A stretch of DNA of 64,000 bases, from the NCBI GenBank assembly GCA_000435515.1, contig FR884179.1, forward strand, positions 2,780 through 66,779, read 5' to 3'. The DNA is from Firmicutes bacterium CAG:582 (lineage in GTDB: Bacteria > Bacillota_I > Bacilli_A > RF39 > UBA660). A program made the translations under genes and the position numbers. The notes under the pieces were generated by a model that did no database searches, was not told where the DNA came from, and saw nothing but the letters and a program-made list of their open reading frames with translations. How positions within the stretch are numbered: the stretch's first letter is position 1; every line of letters begins with the position of its first letter. Below are positions 1 through 8,686 of the stretch, piece after piece.

Positions 1-256
1 TTTTACCCCAAAGGGAAAAAGTTTCTTTTCTTTCTTCTTTTTCTTTTTTAAATGGCCAAATACTTTTAAAATAAAGTATAACTACCGCCAGTATAGCTCC
101 AAGTTGAATAACAACTTCAAATAACTTATAAAATTCACTTGTAACATTTAAATGAATAAAATTATTCAAAAGAATCATATGCCCAGTACTTGATATCGGA
201 AGCCACTCAGTTATTCCTTCAACTATACCAAATAAGATAGCCTTTAAAATTTCCAT
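1..256 (-). CDS. uppP: undecaprenyl-diphosphatase (UppP/BacA), N-terminal part; continues past the left window edge
   Basis: Absent from the ORF track because it is open at the window edge. Minus-strand translation from the ATG at 254-256 gives [33 protein letters not shown]..., which contains the [14 protein letters not shown] signature of BacA/UppP. Confidence 0.8.
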   Translation of the reverse strand, partial: MEILKAILFGIVEGITEWLPISSTGHMILLNNFIHLNVTSEFYKLFEVVIQLGAILAVVILYFKSIWPFKKEKEERKETFSLWGK

Positions 257-343
257 AAATATCCTTCTTTCGCTTAATTCATTATATCATATATGAAAGT
301 TTTTTATTCGTAAAAAAGTTATTTTACATAAATCTTGATATAT

Positions 344-372
344 AAAAAAGTATGATATTTCTATCATACTTG
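344..372 (-). terminator. rho-independent terminator downstream of ssb
   Basis: Minus strand reads AGUAUGAUA-GAAA-UAUCAUACU followed by a U-run. Confidence 0.6.
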
Positions 373-391
373 GTGAGAAAACGTTTTTGTT

Positions 392-724
392 TTATTCTGC
401 TTCCCTTTTACTAGCTAAAAAAGAAACCTTATCAACAATTACTTCAGTTATATATTTTTCTTCTTCTTGCTCATTTTTATACTTTCTTGTTTGAAGACGA
501 CCTTTAACTCCAACTAAATCACCTTTATGGCAATAGTCACTTGTACTCTTAGCTATACCATTCCAAAGAATACATCTTATAAAATCAGTTTCATATAAAC
601 CATTTTCATTTTTATAGCTTCTTTGAACAGCTAAATTAATTGTAAGCATGTCTTTTTCATCGCCAATATTCTTAAGAGTTGGGTCTTCTGTAAGCCTTCC
701 AATTAAGTAAACAACGTTATGCAT
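392..724 (-). CDS. ssb: single-stranded DNA-binding protein, short SsbB-like form without an acidic C-terminal tail
   Basis: OB-fold SSB sequence MHNVVYLIGRLTEDPTL...GVKGRLQTRKY. The start is moved to the ATG at 722-724 because GGAGG lies 7 nt upstream of it. The protein ends ...SKREAE with no D-D-x-P-F tail. Confidence 0.85.
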   Translation of the reverse strand: MHNVVYLIGRLTEDPTLKNIGDEKDMLTINLAVQRSYKNENGLYETDFIRCILWNGIAKSTSDYCHKGDLVGVKGRLQTRKYKNEQEEEKYITEVIVDKVSFLASKREAE

Positions 725-855
725 TATCTTTCCTCCTTTCATGTTTTTTAGCCTATCACAAAGGCCTATTTCTTGTAAAAACGCAAAATTTTAAATTTGG
801 AGGGTCAGATCTTTAATATCTGTATTGATTTATATGCAAAACGTAAAAATCTGTC

Positions 856-888
856 AAAAAAAAGCTACCAATTTTAAAGTTTGGTAGT
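856..888 (-). terminator. rho-independent terminator downstream of sufB
   Basis: Minus strand: ACUACCAA-loop-UUGGUAGC followed by U8. Confidence 0.6.
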
Positions 889-901
889 TTTAACATTTTT
901 T

Positions 902-2209
902 TTAAATTTCTTTCATTAAACGGTTTAATTCAACAGCATATTCCATAGGTAATTCTCTCTTAAAATCACTTATAAATCCCATAATTAGCATCTCTTTTGC
1001 TTGATTTTCCGTTAATCCTTTACTTCTTAAATAAAACATCTTTTCTTCACTTATTTTAGAAACTGTTGCTTCATGTTCAAGCTTGCTTGAATCATTATTA
1101 ACTTCATTAATTGGATATGTATCACTTATCGCATTATCACTTAAAAGAATTGTATCACATTTGATAGATGCATATGAGTTCTTAGCGCTTTCAGCAATTT
1201 TTACTTTTCCACGATAATTAGCAACTCCACCATCATCTGCAATACTCTTTGAAACAATATTACTTCTAGTATTAGCGCCTATATGTATCATTTTAGCTCC
1301 AGCATCTAAATGTTGATTTTCTTTTGCATAGGCAATAGAAATAGAATTACCAACAGCATTATCTCCAAGTAAGATACAAGAAGGATATTTCATAGTAACT
1401 CCACTTCCAACGTTACCATCAACCCAATCCATTACCCCATTTTCTTCGACAATCGCTCTTTTAGTAACCAAATTATATACATCTTTACTCCAATTCTGTA
1501 TTGTTGAATACTTACATTTAGCTCCACGTTTTACATAGATTTCAACAACTCCAGCATGAAGTGAAGACACTGAATAACTCTTAGCTGTACATCCTTCAAT
1601 ATAAGAAAGTTCTGCACCTTCATCAACAATAATTATTGTTCTTTCAAATTGACCTAAAGAAGATGATTCTATTCTAAAATAACTTTGTAAAGGTCTATCA
1701 AGTTTAGTATAAGGAGGAATATATATAAAAGACCCTCCACTCCATAAAGCTCCATTTAAAGCTGTATATTTATTTTCATCATACTTAACAAGATTATTAA
1801 AATATTCTTTAAAAAGATCAGGATATTCTTTTAAAGCTTCATCTGTTGATAAAAATATTACACCTTTTTCTTGAATTTCGTCACGTCCATGATGATATAT
1901 TACTTCACTTTCAAACTGATTTGAAACTCCACTTAAATGTTCTTTTTCAGCATCTATTACTCCTAAAGTTTTAAATTTATTTCTAATGTCACATCTAACA
2001 TTATTCCAATCACTCGTTAAATTACCTTCTTTTTTATAATAATTTAATTTCGAGAAATCAAGTTCTATTTTAGGACCAAAATTTGGATTTTCAAGTTCTA
2101 AAAATTTTCTATATGAATTAAGTCTAAATTCAAGCATCCATTCGTCTTCACCTTTAGACTTACTTATTTTTTTTATTAATTCTTCACTTAACATTTCCAT
2201 AAACATCAC
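902..2209 (-). CDS. sufB: Fe-S cluster assembly protein SufB
   Basis: Full-length SufB-like translation, including ...YIEGCTAKSY...NWSKDVYNLVTKRA...GNVGSGVTMKYPS...HEATVSKISEEKMFYLRSKGL. The exact start is uncertain (GTG/ATG cluster, no clear SD). Confidence 0.9.
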   Translation of the reverse strand: MMFMEMLSEELIKKISKSKGEDEWMLEFRLNSYRKFLELENPNFGPKIELDFSKLNYYKKEGNLTSDWNNVRCDIRNKFKTLGVIDAEKEHLSGVSNQFESEVIYHHGRDEIQEKGVIFLSTDEALKEYPDLFKEYFNNLVKYDENKYTALNGALWSGGSFIYIPPYTKLDRPLQSYFRIESSSLGQFERTIIIVDEGAELSYIEGCTAKSYSVSSLHAGVVEIYVKRGAKCKYSTIQNWSKDVYNLVTKRAIVEENGVMDWVDGNVGSGVTMKYPSCILLGDNAVGNSISIAYAKENQHLDAGAKMIHIGANTRSNIVSKSIADDGGVANYRGKVKIAESAKNSYASIKCDTILLSDNAISDTYPINEVNNDSSKLEHEATVSKISEEKMFYLRSKGLTENQAKEMLIMGFISDFKRELPMEYAVELNRLMKEI

Positions 2210-2253
2210 GAAGATATTATATAATAAAAGAGTACATTTTTAAAGTACTCTTT

Positions 2254-2772
2254 TTAATCAAGTTCAAGTTCATATAGAAGTTCATCTCCTATATTACCTT
2301 CAATATCTTTTCTATAATCTTTTATCGTATCAATGAGTTCAAATCCAGCCTTTTCAAACATCAACTTAGCGCCAATATTTCTGCCATCACATGTAGCATA
2401 TAAACATTCCAAGTGACTCTTCTTCATTTCTCTTATAACACTTTTTAATACTTCTGTTCCATATCCTTTTCCCCAATGAGATTTTTCAATAAATATATTA
2501 ACTGATTTACTTCTACTATCCTCTTGATAAAGAAATACATACCCAATAATCTTATTGGTTTCTTTTTCTTGAATAACCGATCTAATCAAATATTCATCTT
2601 TATAAGCCCTCATAATATAGTCAGTGAAATCATCTATTGAATGAATATCTTTCATTTCAGGAATGTACATTAAAACATCCAAATCATTTCCCCATGTTTC
2701 ATACATAAGAGAAATATATTCAGGGATAAATTTTTTTATAATCAAACGTCTAGTTGTAAATTCCATAAACAT
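2254..2772 (-). CDS. GNAT family N-acetyltransferase (RimJ/RimL-like)
   Basis: Has the GNAT core ...HWGKGYGTEVLKSVIREMKK... and ...NIGAKLMFEKAGFE. Confidence 0.8.
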   Translation of the reverse strand: MFMEFTTRRLIIKKFIPEYISLMYETWGNDLDVLMYIPEMKDIHSIDDFTDYIMRAYKDEYLIRSVIQEKETNKIIGYVFLYQEDSRSKSVNIFIEKSHWGKGYGTEVLKSVIREMKKSHLECLYATCDGRNIGAKLMFEKAGFELIDTIKDYRKDIEGNIGDELLYELELD

Positions 2773-2843
2773 TCCTTCTATTCTTACGTTTATTATACCA
2801 TATCATAAATAAAAGTATACAAAAAAAATGTTGATGTGTAAAA

Positions 2844-3920
2844 CTAATCATCAACATCTGTATTGATATATAAAACAATAAATCTTATCAAATCACTTAT
2901 CATTTTCTTACTTTCTGAACTTAATTTTGTACTTTCTTTTAATATAGCTAATACATTTTTCAAATTTCTTCCTTTAAGTTCCAAAAGAGATGTAATATTT
3001 GCACGTTCAAATATAGAAAATAAATCTTTAACAAATTTCTCACGTGTTTCCAAGTCATATGTTTCTAACCATTCAGTTATACTTTTATCAACTCTTTTAC
3101 TGAACATTGAAAGCTTAACTCTTTTAAAATAATCCTCATCAACCATCCAACTTGTTAACTCATGAGCCATTATTCCCTTATTTGTAGATTTTACAACAAC
3201 ATAATCATTTTTATGATGTAACAAAAGTCCAACAACACTAGAATCTGGAATTATTAATTCATATTTAGGTAAAATTCTCATGTATTCTTTAGAGTCAATT
3301 TCGTGTTTTAAAATACCTGGTCCATCATTGCTATAAACTTTTATAATTTTATTTCTTATTAAAGGATTTGCATACATTGCAGCAACAAGAGCAATATTAC
3401 CACCCTTAGAATGTCCACCAATAATATATTTTCTTAAAGAAAAAGGAGAAATATGAGAGTTTATATATTTAATAGCAGCCCTTTGAGATGCAATTGGAAA
3501 CTTATATGCAAGTTCAAAATCTTCTCTCCATCCACTTACTAAATCATCAGTTCCTTCAAAAGAAATATAAGTAAGATTTTTATCAATATCGATAAATAAA
3601 CATGAGAATTGTAAATCACTGCTATATTGATAAGTATAATTATATAGCATCAAGTCTTTATATCTTTTTGTATCTTTAATACTTTCAAGAACTTCTACCG
3701 CATCTCTTGCCGCTAAAACAAAACCTTTTATTTCTTTTTTTGTATGATGTTCAAAATACTCAGTTGCACATGAATTAATACTTATTTTTTTATGTACCAA
3801 AATATCTTTATAATCAATATATGCAAGAGATGAAAATATTAAATTATCTACTTCATTAAAACCTTTTTCAGAAAAACTCTTATCTCCATAATTTTTTATA
3901 TAATCAAATATATTTGCCAT
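2844..3920 (-). CDS. alpha/beta-hydrolase, Mbeg1-like (DUF2974) protein
   Basis: Lipase-like nucleophile elbow GGHSKGGNIA. The length and N-terminal region fit my memory of the DUF2974 family; not searched. Confidence 0.6.
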   Translation of the reverse strand: MANIFDYIKNYGDKSFSEKGFNEVDNLIFSSLAYIDYKDILVHKKISINSCATEYFEHHTKKEIKGFVLAARDAVEVLESIKDTKRYKDLMLYNYTYQYSSDLQFSCLFIDIDKNLTYISFEGTDDLVSGWREDFELAYKFPIASQRAAIKYINSHISPFSLRKYIIGGHSKGGNIALVAAMYANPLIRNKIIKVYSNDGPGILKHEIDSKEYMRILPKYELIIPDSSVVGLLLHHKNDYVVVKSTNKGIMAHELTSWMVDEDYFKRVKLSMFSKRVDKSITEWLETYDLETREKFVKDLFSIFERANITSLLELKGRNLKNVLAILKESTKLSSESKKMISDLIRFIVLYINTDVDD

Positions 3921-3946
3921 ATAACCTCCACTTTAAAAAGAAAGAA

Positions 3947-4849
3947 CTAATCTTTCTTCATCATCATTCTCTTTAACACTTCTAGTAAAACGATTATCAA
4001 AGCTCCAATTATAAAGAATAATATATTAAATGTTTTAAAAGTCATCATTTCCATTGGAACTTCTAAAGTAGTTGGTCCATTAATTATTGCATATAAAGAA
4101 CCAACCATCATTCCTAAAATAAAATACACGGTTTTACTTCTATGGTTATTTAAGCAATTTTTTAATATTCTAACAAATGCTACAATACCAAATAAAACGC
4201 CTAAACCAAATATCATAAGCAAAGGAAATACTGAAAAATCAAAGCTAATAAATTTCTTTATTGCACCAATTATTGGAATATATAATCCAAATATCAATAA
4301 TAATGTTGAACCACTTATACCAGGTAAAACCATAGCCGTAATTGCAATAGCTGCTGCAAAGAATATATATATAATGTTGAAAAGACTTAAGTTATTAACA
4401 TCAACTCCTAAACTAGAGTGTGTTGTGAAATAACTTATTCCTGCTACTAGTATTGCTCCTAATATCAAGAATATAATATTTTTATAATGTCCTTTTACAG
4501 AATCCTTTTCTTCTTTAATAACTTGAGGAATTGAGAATATTATAAATCCTAAAAATAATGAACTCATTTCATATATCTTACTTGTAAACATATTTGAAAG
4601 CATGGTTGCAGCAAGTAAGAAACCAATTACCCAACCTAATCCTAATTTTATTAAGAACATAAATGCTTTTCTCTTTGAATCCATATTTCCTCTAAATAAA
4701 TCGTCTAAAGAATTTATAAACTCATCATAAAATCCTAAAAGAAATGCAATTGTTCCACCAGACACTCCAGGAACTGAATCAGCAAGTGCCATACAAAAGC
4801 CATTAAACACATTTATTAGTAATAATTTTATTTTTTTCATAATTACCAT
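3947..4849 (-). CDS. DUF368 family polytopic membrane protein (family implicated in undecaprenyl-phosphate recycling)
   Basis: N-terminal motif ALADSVPGVSGGTIAFLLGFYDEF, with an internal repeat of it (LPGISGSTLLLIFGLY). About 8 hydrophobic helices. Confidence 0.75.
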   Translation of the reverse strand: MVIMKKIKLLLINVFNGFCMALADSVPGVSGGTIAFLLGFYDEFINSLDDLFRGNMDSKRKAFMFLIKLGLGWVIGFLLAATMLSNMFTSKIYEMSSLFLGFIIFSIPQVIKEEKDSVKGHYKNIIFLILGAILVAGISYFTTHSSLGVDVNNLSLFNIIYIFFAAAIAITAMVLPGISGSTLLLIFGLYIPIIGAIKKFISFDFSVFPLLMIFGLGVLFGIVAFVRILKNCLNNHRSKTVYFILGMMVGSLYAIINGPTTLEVPMEMMTFKTFNILFFIIGALIIVLLEVLKRMMMKKD

Positions 4850-4901
4850 CCAATCTAGAATAATTATACATTACATACAAATTTAAAACAAGAAAAAAAC
4901 A

Positions 4902-6308
4902 TTAAGCATATTTCTTAATGTTTTCACTTGCTCTTTTTACATCTTTTTCATATGGAATCATTACATATCTTTTCTTGCTAGGTGCTGTATAAGTATTCAT
5001 TGATGCATCTGATCCAGATACACTTTGTCTTTCTATTTTATAAGCACTCATATCTTCAAGTTGATTCTTTACCATTAATGATATAAGACTACTTGGAATA
5101 TTAGTTTTATACAATTTACTTAAAGATGACAACGTTTTATCATACTTTAAAAGAATTGATTTATCAGTTGTAATTTTAGAAATGACAGCTTCTAATACTT
5201 GTTGTTGATTCAAAATTCGATGTCTATCTCCTAAAGCATATGCATGTCTTTCACGAGCATAACTTAGTGCCTCACCACCACTAAAATGATTCATCCCTTT
5301 TTTTACATTTGTTTTTATAGCTCCACCATCACCACAATAAGTTGTAAAAGCTTTATCACTTTCAATATCAATTCCACCAAGTAAATCAACTACCTCTACA
5401 ACTGATGAAAAACCAACTTTAATATAATAATCAATCTTAATATCAAACAAGTTTTCAACAGTTTTAACACTTGTATCTATACCATAAATACCTGCATGCG
5501 TAAGTTTATCTTTTAAACCAGTTTTACCATATACTGATACATAATAATCTCTTGGAATACTTGTTAAAAGTACTTTTTTATTTTTAGGATCTACACTTAT
5601 AATCATATTTACATCACTTCTAGTTTTACTAGCAATATAATTACTACGTGCATCACTTCCCGATAAGAAAATATTAAATGGCTTAAGTTCATCCACTAAA
5701 TTATCTTTTTTTACATTCTTTTTTATTTCAACATTAAAACTATATATTATATTAACTTTACTTTCATCAATTTCTTTTTCGTCAACAAGCATATTATAAT
5801 AAGTTTTATCAAGTAGCATTGAATTTACTTTATTATCTAAAAAATCATGAGCCAAAGAATACATGTCATCATAAGCGTTTTCACTTGCATTTACTCGTTT
5901 TTTTAATTCTTTTAAAGTCTCATCTGAATTTTCTTCATTTAGATATCCAAAATTTTTAATTGAACTTAAATCATAATTACTATCTTTTAAAACATAAACA
6001 CCATATTCACTTATTTCTACAGAATCATTATTAAAAGCATGACGCAGATAATCAATTGTTTCATTTCCATAATAATAACCAATTAAAGAAATAATAATTG
6101 TTATTATACTTATTACAAGACCAATTATATTAAGCCACTTTTTCTTTGTATATAAAAGTAAACTAATAAGATTAAATATAATTATAACACTTATAAATAT
6201 AATAAAATATTTATTTGGTAACATATTTAGACCTTTAATTGTAACTATACAAACAATTGATAATATAATGGTTAAAATACTAAGAACAATTTTTAATATA
6301 TTTTTCAT
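4902..6308 (-). CDS. LytR-CpsA-Psr (LCP) family cell-wall glycopolymer ligase
   Basis: N-terminal TM segments followed by an LCP core: ...RSDVNMIISVDPKNKKVLLTSIPRDYYV...LTHAGIYG...ALSYARERHAYALGDRHRILNQQQVL. Confidence 0.85.
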   Translation of the reverse strand: MKNILKIVLSILTIILSIVCIVTIKGLNMLPNKYFIIFISVIIIFNLISLLLYTKKKWLNIIGLVISIITIIISLIGYYYGNETIDYLRHAFNNDSVEISEYGVYVLKDSNYDLSSIKNFGYLNEENSDETLKELKKRVNASENAYDDMYSLAHDFLDNKVNSMLLDKTYYNMLVDEKEIDESKVNIIYSFNVEIKKNVKKDNLVDELKPFNIFLSGSDARSNYIASKTRSDVNMIISVDPKNKKVLLTSIPRDYYVSVYGKTGLKDKLTHAGIYGIDTSVKTVENLFDIKIDYYIKVGFSSVVEVVDLLGGIDIESDKAFTTYCGDGGAIKTNVKKGMNHFSGGEALSYARERHAYALGDRHRILNQQQVLEAVISKITTDKSILLKYDKTLSSLSKLYKTNIPSSLISLMVKNQLEDMSAYKIERQSVSGSDASMNTYTAPSKKRYVMIPYEKDVKRASENIKKYA

Positions 6309-6385
6309 AACATTCCCTCACATCGAGGCGTATTATAGCAAATTTTAAGTGCATTTGCAAGTTTCAACACATGCGAACAAACGTA

Positions 6386-6414
6386 TTGATTGTTTGTTGT
6401 TTTATTGTTATAAT
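6386..6414 (+). promoter_or_regulatory. sigma-A-type promoter of small-ORF module 1
   Basis: TTGATT, 17-nt spacer, TGtTATAAT (extended -10). Predicted start is ~6421, at GGAACAU. Confidence 0.55.
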
Positions 6415-6478
6415 TTATTTGGAACATCAGTTGTTGAGTGTCTGCCTCTAATCTTTATAGAGAGGAGGTTTGAGAGAT

Positions 6479-6571
6479 TTGAAAAAACGCGAATACTATA
6501 TAAAACTACTTCGTTACATATCACTCATTTTACTACTCTTAACCTTATTGGTTTTAGTAATAAAAAAATAG
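6479..6571 (+). CDS. 30-aa hydrophobic peptide, candidate type I toxin (module 1)
   Basis: GGAGG at 6464-6468, then a TTG start 10 nt downstream. Translation: (M)KKREYYIKLLRYISLILLLLTLLVLVIKK, stop TAG at 6569-6571. Different frame from track ORF 6349..6579. A paralogous module lies at 38404-38715. Confidence 0.5.
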   Translation: MKKREYYIKLLRYISLILLLLTLLVLVIKK

Positions 6572-6649
6572 ACACTTAATTCAAAAGAATTAAATGTCAC
6601 CACTAAAATAACGGGTAGACATTCAACATACCAAAACTGAATGTTCCCT
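6563..6649 (-). ncRNA. candidate ~85-nt antisense RNA convergent with the small ORF (module 1)
   Basis: Minus-strand TACAAT box at 6656-6661. Terminator GACAUUUAAUUC-UUUU-GAAUUAAGUGUC plus a U-run ends near 6563. Fully complementary to the ORF stop and 3' UTR. Ends are predicted only. Confidence 0.45.
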
Positions 6650-6714
6650 TTTTTTATTGTATGCAAATTTTCTTGCTAAATACATTTTACCATATTTTTA
6701 AATTGTTTTCTAGA

Positions 6715-7260
6715 CTAATTTATAGTATTTATTATGTCATTTGCAACAGTTTCAATTTTATCACTATAGTTTAGAATATCTGGATAATTTAAACAATTAT
6801 CAAAAAATGCTTTATATACCAGTTTTCCTTCTGCACTTTCAATAAATGATCCAAGTGATGTCAAAGCACCATCAGTTGAATATTCATTTCTAGATTTTGA
6901 ACCTATAACTAAAACTACCATTTTTTTATCTTTTAATTTTTTCTCACTATAAAGAGGATTTAACCTATCAATAAATATTTTTAAGTCACCTGATAAAGTA
7001 TTCCATCTCGTTGGTGTAATAAAAAGTAACACTTCTGCATTATTAACTTTATCAATATTTACTTTCATATCATCATTAAAATCACATACACCATTTTTAT
7101 CACAATCCATACATCCAGTACACAAATATATTTTTTGATTTCCTGGCACTATAATATCACTTGATATTCTATTTTTATCAAAAATGGATTTTAAACTATT
7201 AGCTAAATGAATTGAATTACCTTCTCTTCTTGAACCAACTATCATTAATATTCTAGACAT
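6715..7260 (-). CDS. flavodoxin-like NAD(P)H-dependent FMN reductase / iron-sulfur flavoprotein-like protein
   Basis: MSRILMIVGSRREGNS... flavodoxin-like N-terminus plus the Cys cluster LCTGCMDCDKNGVC. Confidence 0.6.
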   Translation of the reverse strand: MSRILMIVGSRREGNSIHLANSLKSIFDKNRISSDIIVPGNQKIYLCTGCMDCDKNGVCDFNDDMKVNIDKVNNAEVLLFITPTRWNTLSGDLKIFIDRLNPLYSEKKLKDKKMVVLVIGSKSRNEYSTDGALTSLGSFIESAEGKLVYKAFFDNCLNYPDILNYSDKIETVANDIINTIN

Positions 7261-7298
7261 ATTATCACCTAGAATTATTGTGTGATTAGTTCACATTT

Positions 7299-8339
7299 TT
7301 ATACATCTATTTTTTCTCTCGAATTTAAATATTTTTTGTCCTTATAACTTATAATTCCTAAAAACGCAAGTCGTGTATAATAAAATGTTAATGGAATATA
7401 ATTTTCTGAACAAAAATTAACTATTTCATTTTCACTCATAGTTTGCATTTTTTGAAAATCACTTTCTGATATCATACAATCTAACGCAAATCTATCTTGA
7501 CTATCCTCGTTTTCCTTATCATCCACAACTATCTTATTTTTCAATTTATTAAAATCTGTTTTAATGTGACCAAGTTCATGATACAAAGTAAAATATAATG
7601 ATGATTTTTCTTTAAACATTCTAGAAATGAATATACACGGATTATTCTTTTTAACCATTGAACAACCGCGAATCTTTGTTCCGGGTAAAGTGTCTTCGAT
7701 AATTAAATAAATTCCATACTTTCTAAATAAATTTTTAAGTAAATCTTCATCAAATTTTTGGAATCTTATTTTTTTTAATTCTTGTAACAAATCACCAATT
7801 TTTGATGAATTATATTCACCAATTTCCATATTTTGTTCAAGAATATTTTCACATCTTCTAATCCATAAATATGTTTTTAAATTATTTGCATTCTCACGCT
7901 TTTTAAATAAAACTTTACTATTAATATAAGGTAACACTTTATCAAAAGAATCGACATGTAGAAATTGTAATAAATCATAAGCATTTTGAAGATATGAAGT
8001 TTTATCTCTTAATACAATCCACTTATTCTTATAAAGATCATTTATATAAAAACTATCCAAATATTTTTTTATTTCCTTATCACCTTTAAAGCGGTCATGT
8101 AAATATATATCCAGTTTTTTAGAGTTTTCACAAAAGAAAATTAAATTAACGTCAATGTCCGTTATTAGAGAAATTGCTATCATTAATTCTAAAGATATAT
8201 ACGACTTATCATTTAATATTTCATTTAAATGCTTTTTAGAAATTCCAAGTCTTAATGCAAAATCAGTTTGGTTTATCTTATAATAATCCAAATAATCTTT
8301 TAACATTGGACCAAATCCTTGTTGTACTTTTCTTTCCAT
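7299..8339 (-). CDS. fused XRE-family HTH / ImmA-IrrE (M78) zinc-metallopeptidase protein; putative antitoxin or regulator
   Basis: N-terminal HTH (INQTDFALRLGISKKHLNEILNDK). HExxH site in YFTLYHELGHIKTD near residue 255. Begins 8 nt after the toxin-like gene ends. Confidence 0.7.
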   Translation of the reverse strand: MERKVQQGFGPMLKDYLDYYKINQTDFALRLGISKKHLNEILNDKSYISLELMIAISLITDIDVNLIFFCENSKKLDIYLHDRFKGDKEIKKYLDSFYINDLYKNKWIVLRDKTSYLQNAYDLLQFLHVDSFDKVLPYINSKVLFKKRENANNLKTYLWIRRCENILEQNMEIGEYNSSKIGDLLQELKKIRFQKFDEDLLKNLFRKYGIYLIIEDTLPGTKIRGCSMVKKNNPCIFISRMFKEKSSLYFTLYHELGHIKTDFNKLKNKIVVDDKENEDSQDRFALDCMISESDFQKMQTMSENEIVNFCSENYIPLTFYYTRLAFLGIISYKDKKYLNSREKIDV

Positions 8340-8347
8340 ATAATCAC

Positions 8348-8668
8348 CTACCCATCATTATAATGATTTAAATTTATTTCACTTAATTCTACTTCTACAA
8401 TATATACAAGATCTAAATTTTCATTTGCTGGTCTTATAAACAATCTTATTTTTTCATTTATTCTAGCTGTATAAAAAGATTTTAAATTACCACTTTTTTT
8501 CTCTATATGAAATATCTTGCTATAAGGATTATCAAGAAGCTCTCTCATATTACCTACAAGTTTTAAATACATTATAATTCTTTCAAGAGTTTCTATCTCT
8601 TTCTTCATATGCTTATTTAAAAGTTTTTTATAATCTCTTTTATATTTAGATGTATAATTTACTATCAT
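8348..8668 (-). CDS. RelE/ParE-superfamily toxin-like protein (HigB/YafQ-like)
   Basis: 106 aa. The N-terminus IVNYTSKYKRDYKKLLNKH resembles the RelE/YafQ beta1-alpha1 region; C-terminal ...INLNHYNDG. Toxin-first gene order, as in higBA. Confidence 0.55.
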   Translation of the reverse strand: MIVNYTSKYKRDYKKLLNKHMKKEIETLERIIMYLKLVGNMRELLDNPYSKIFHIEKKSGNLKSFYTARINEKIRLFIRPANENLDLVYIVEVELSEINLNHYNDG

Positions 8669-8686
8669 GTGTTCTCCTTTTTATGT

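Noticed and set aside
2863-3132. Track ORFs lying antisense inside long, well-supported genes: 2863-3132, 11342-11569, 11694-11879, 14984-15175, 15323-15538, 20160-20381, 21736-21957, 23084-23404
   Set aside because: These are shadow ORFs on the opposite strand of confidently assigned genes. They have low-complexity Leu/Ile/Phe/Ser-rich translations, no SD, and no recognisable motifs.
6349-6579. 76-aa + strand ORF from the track (MHLQVSTHANKR...)
   Set aside because: It has no SD, begins upstream of the predicted promoter, and its composition is unlike a real protein. The SD-led 30-codon ORF in another frame (6479-6571) explains the region better.
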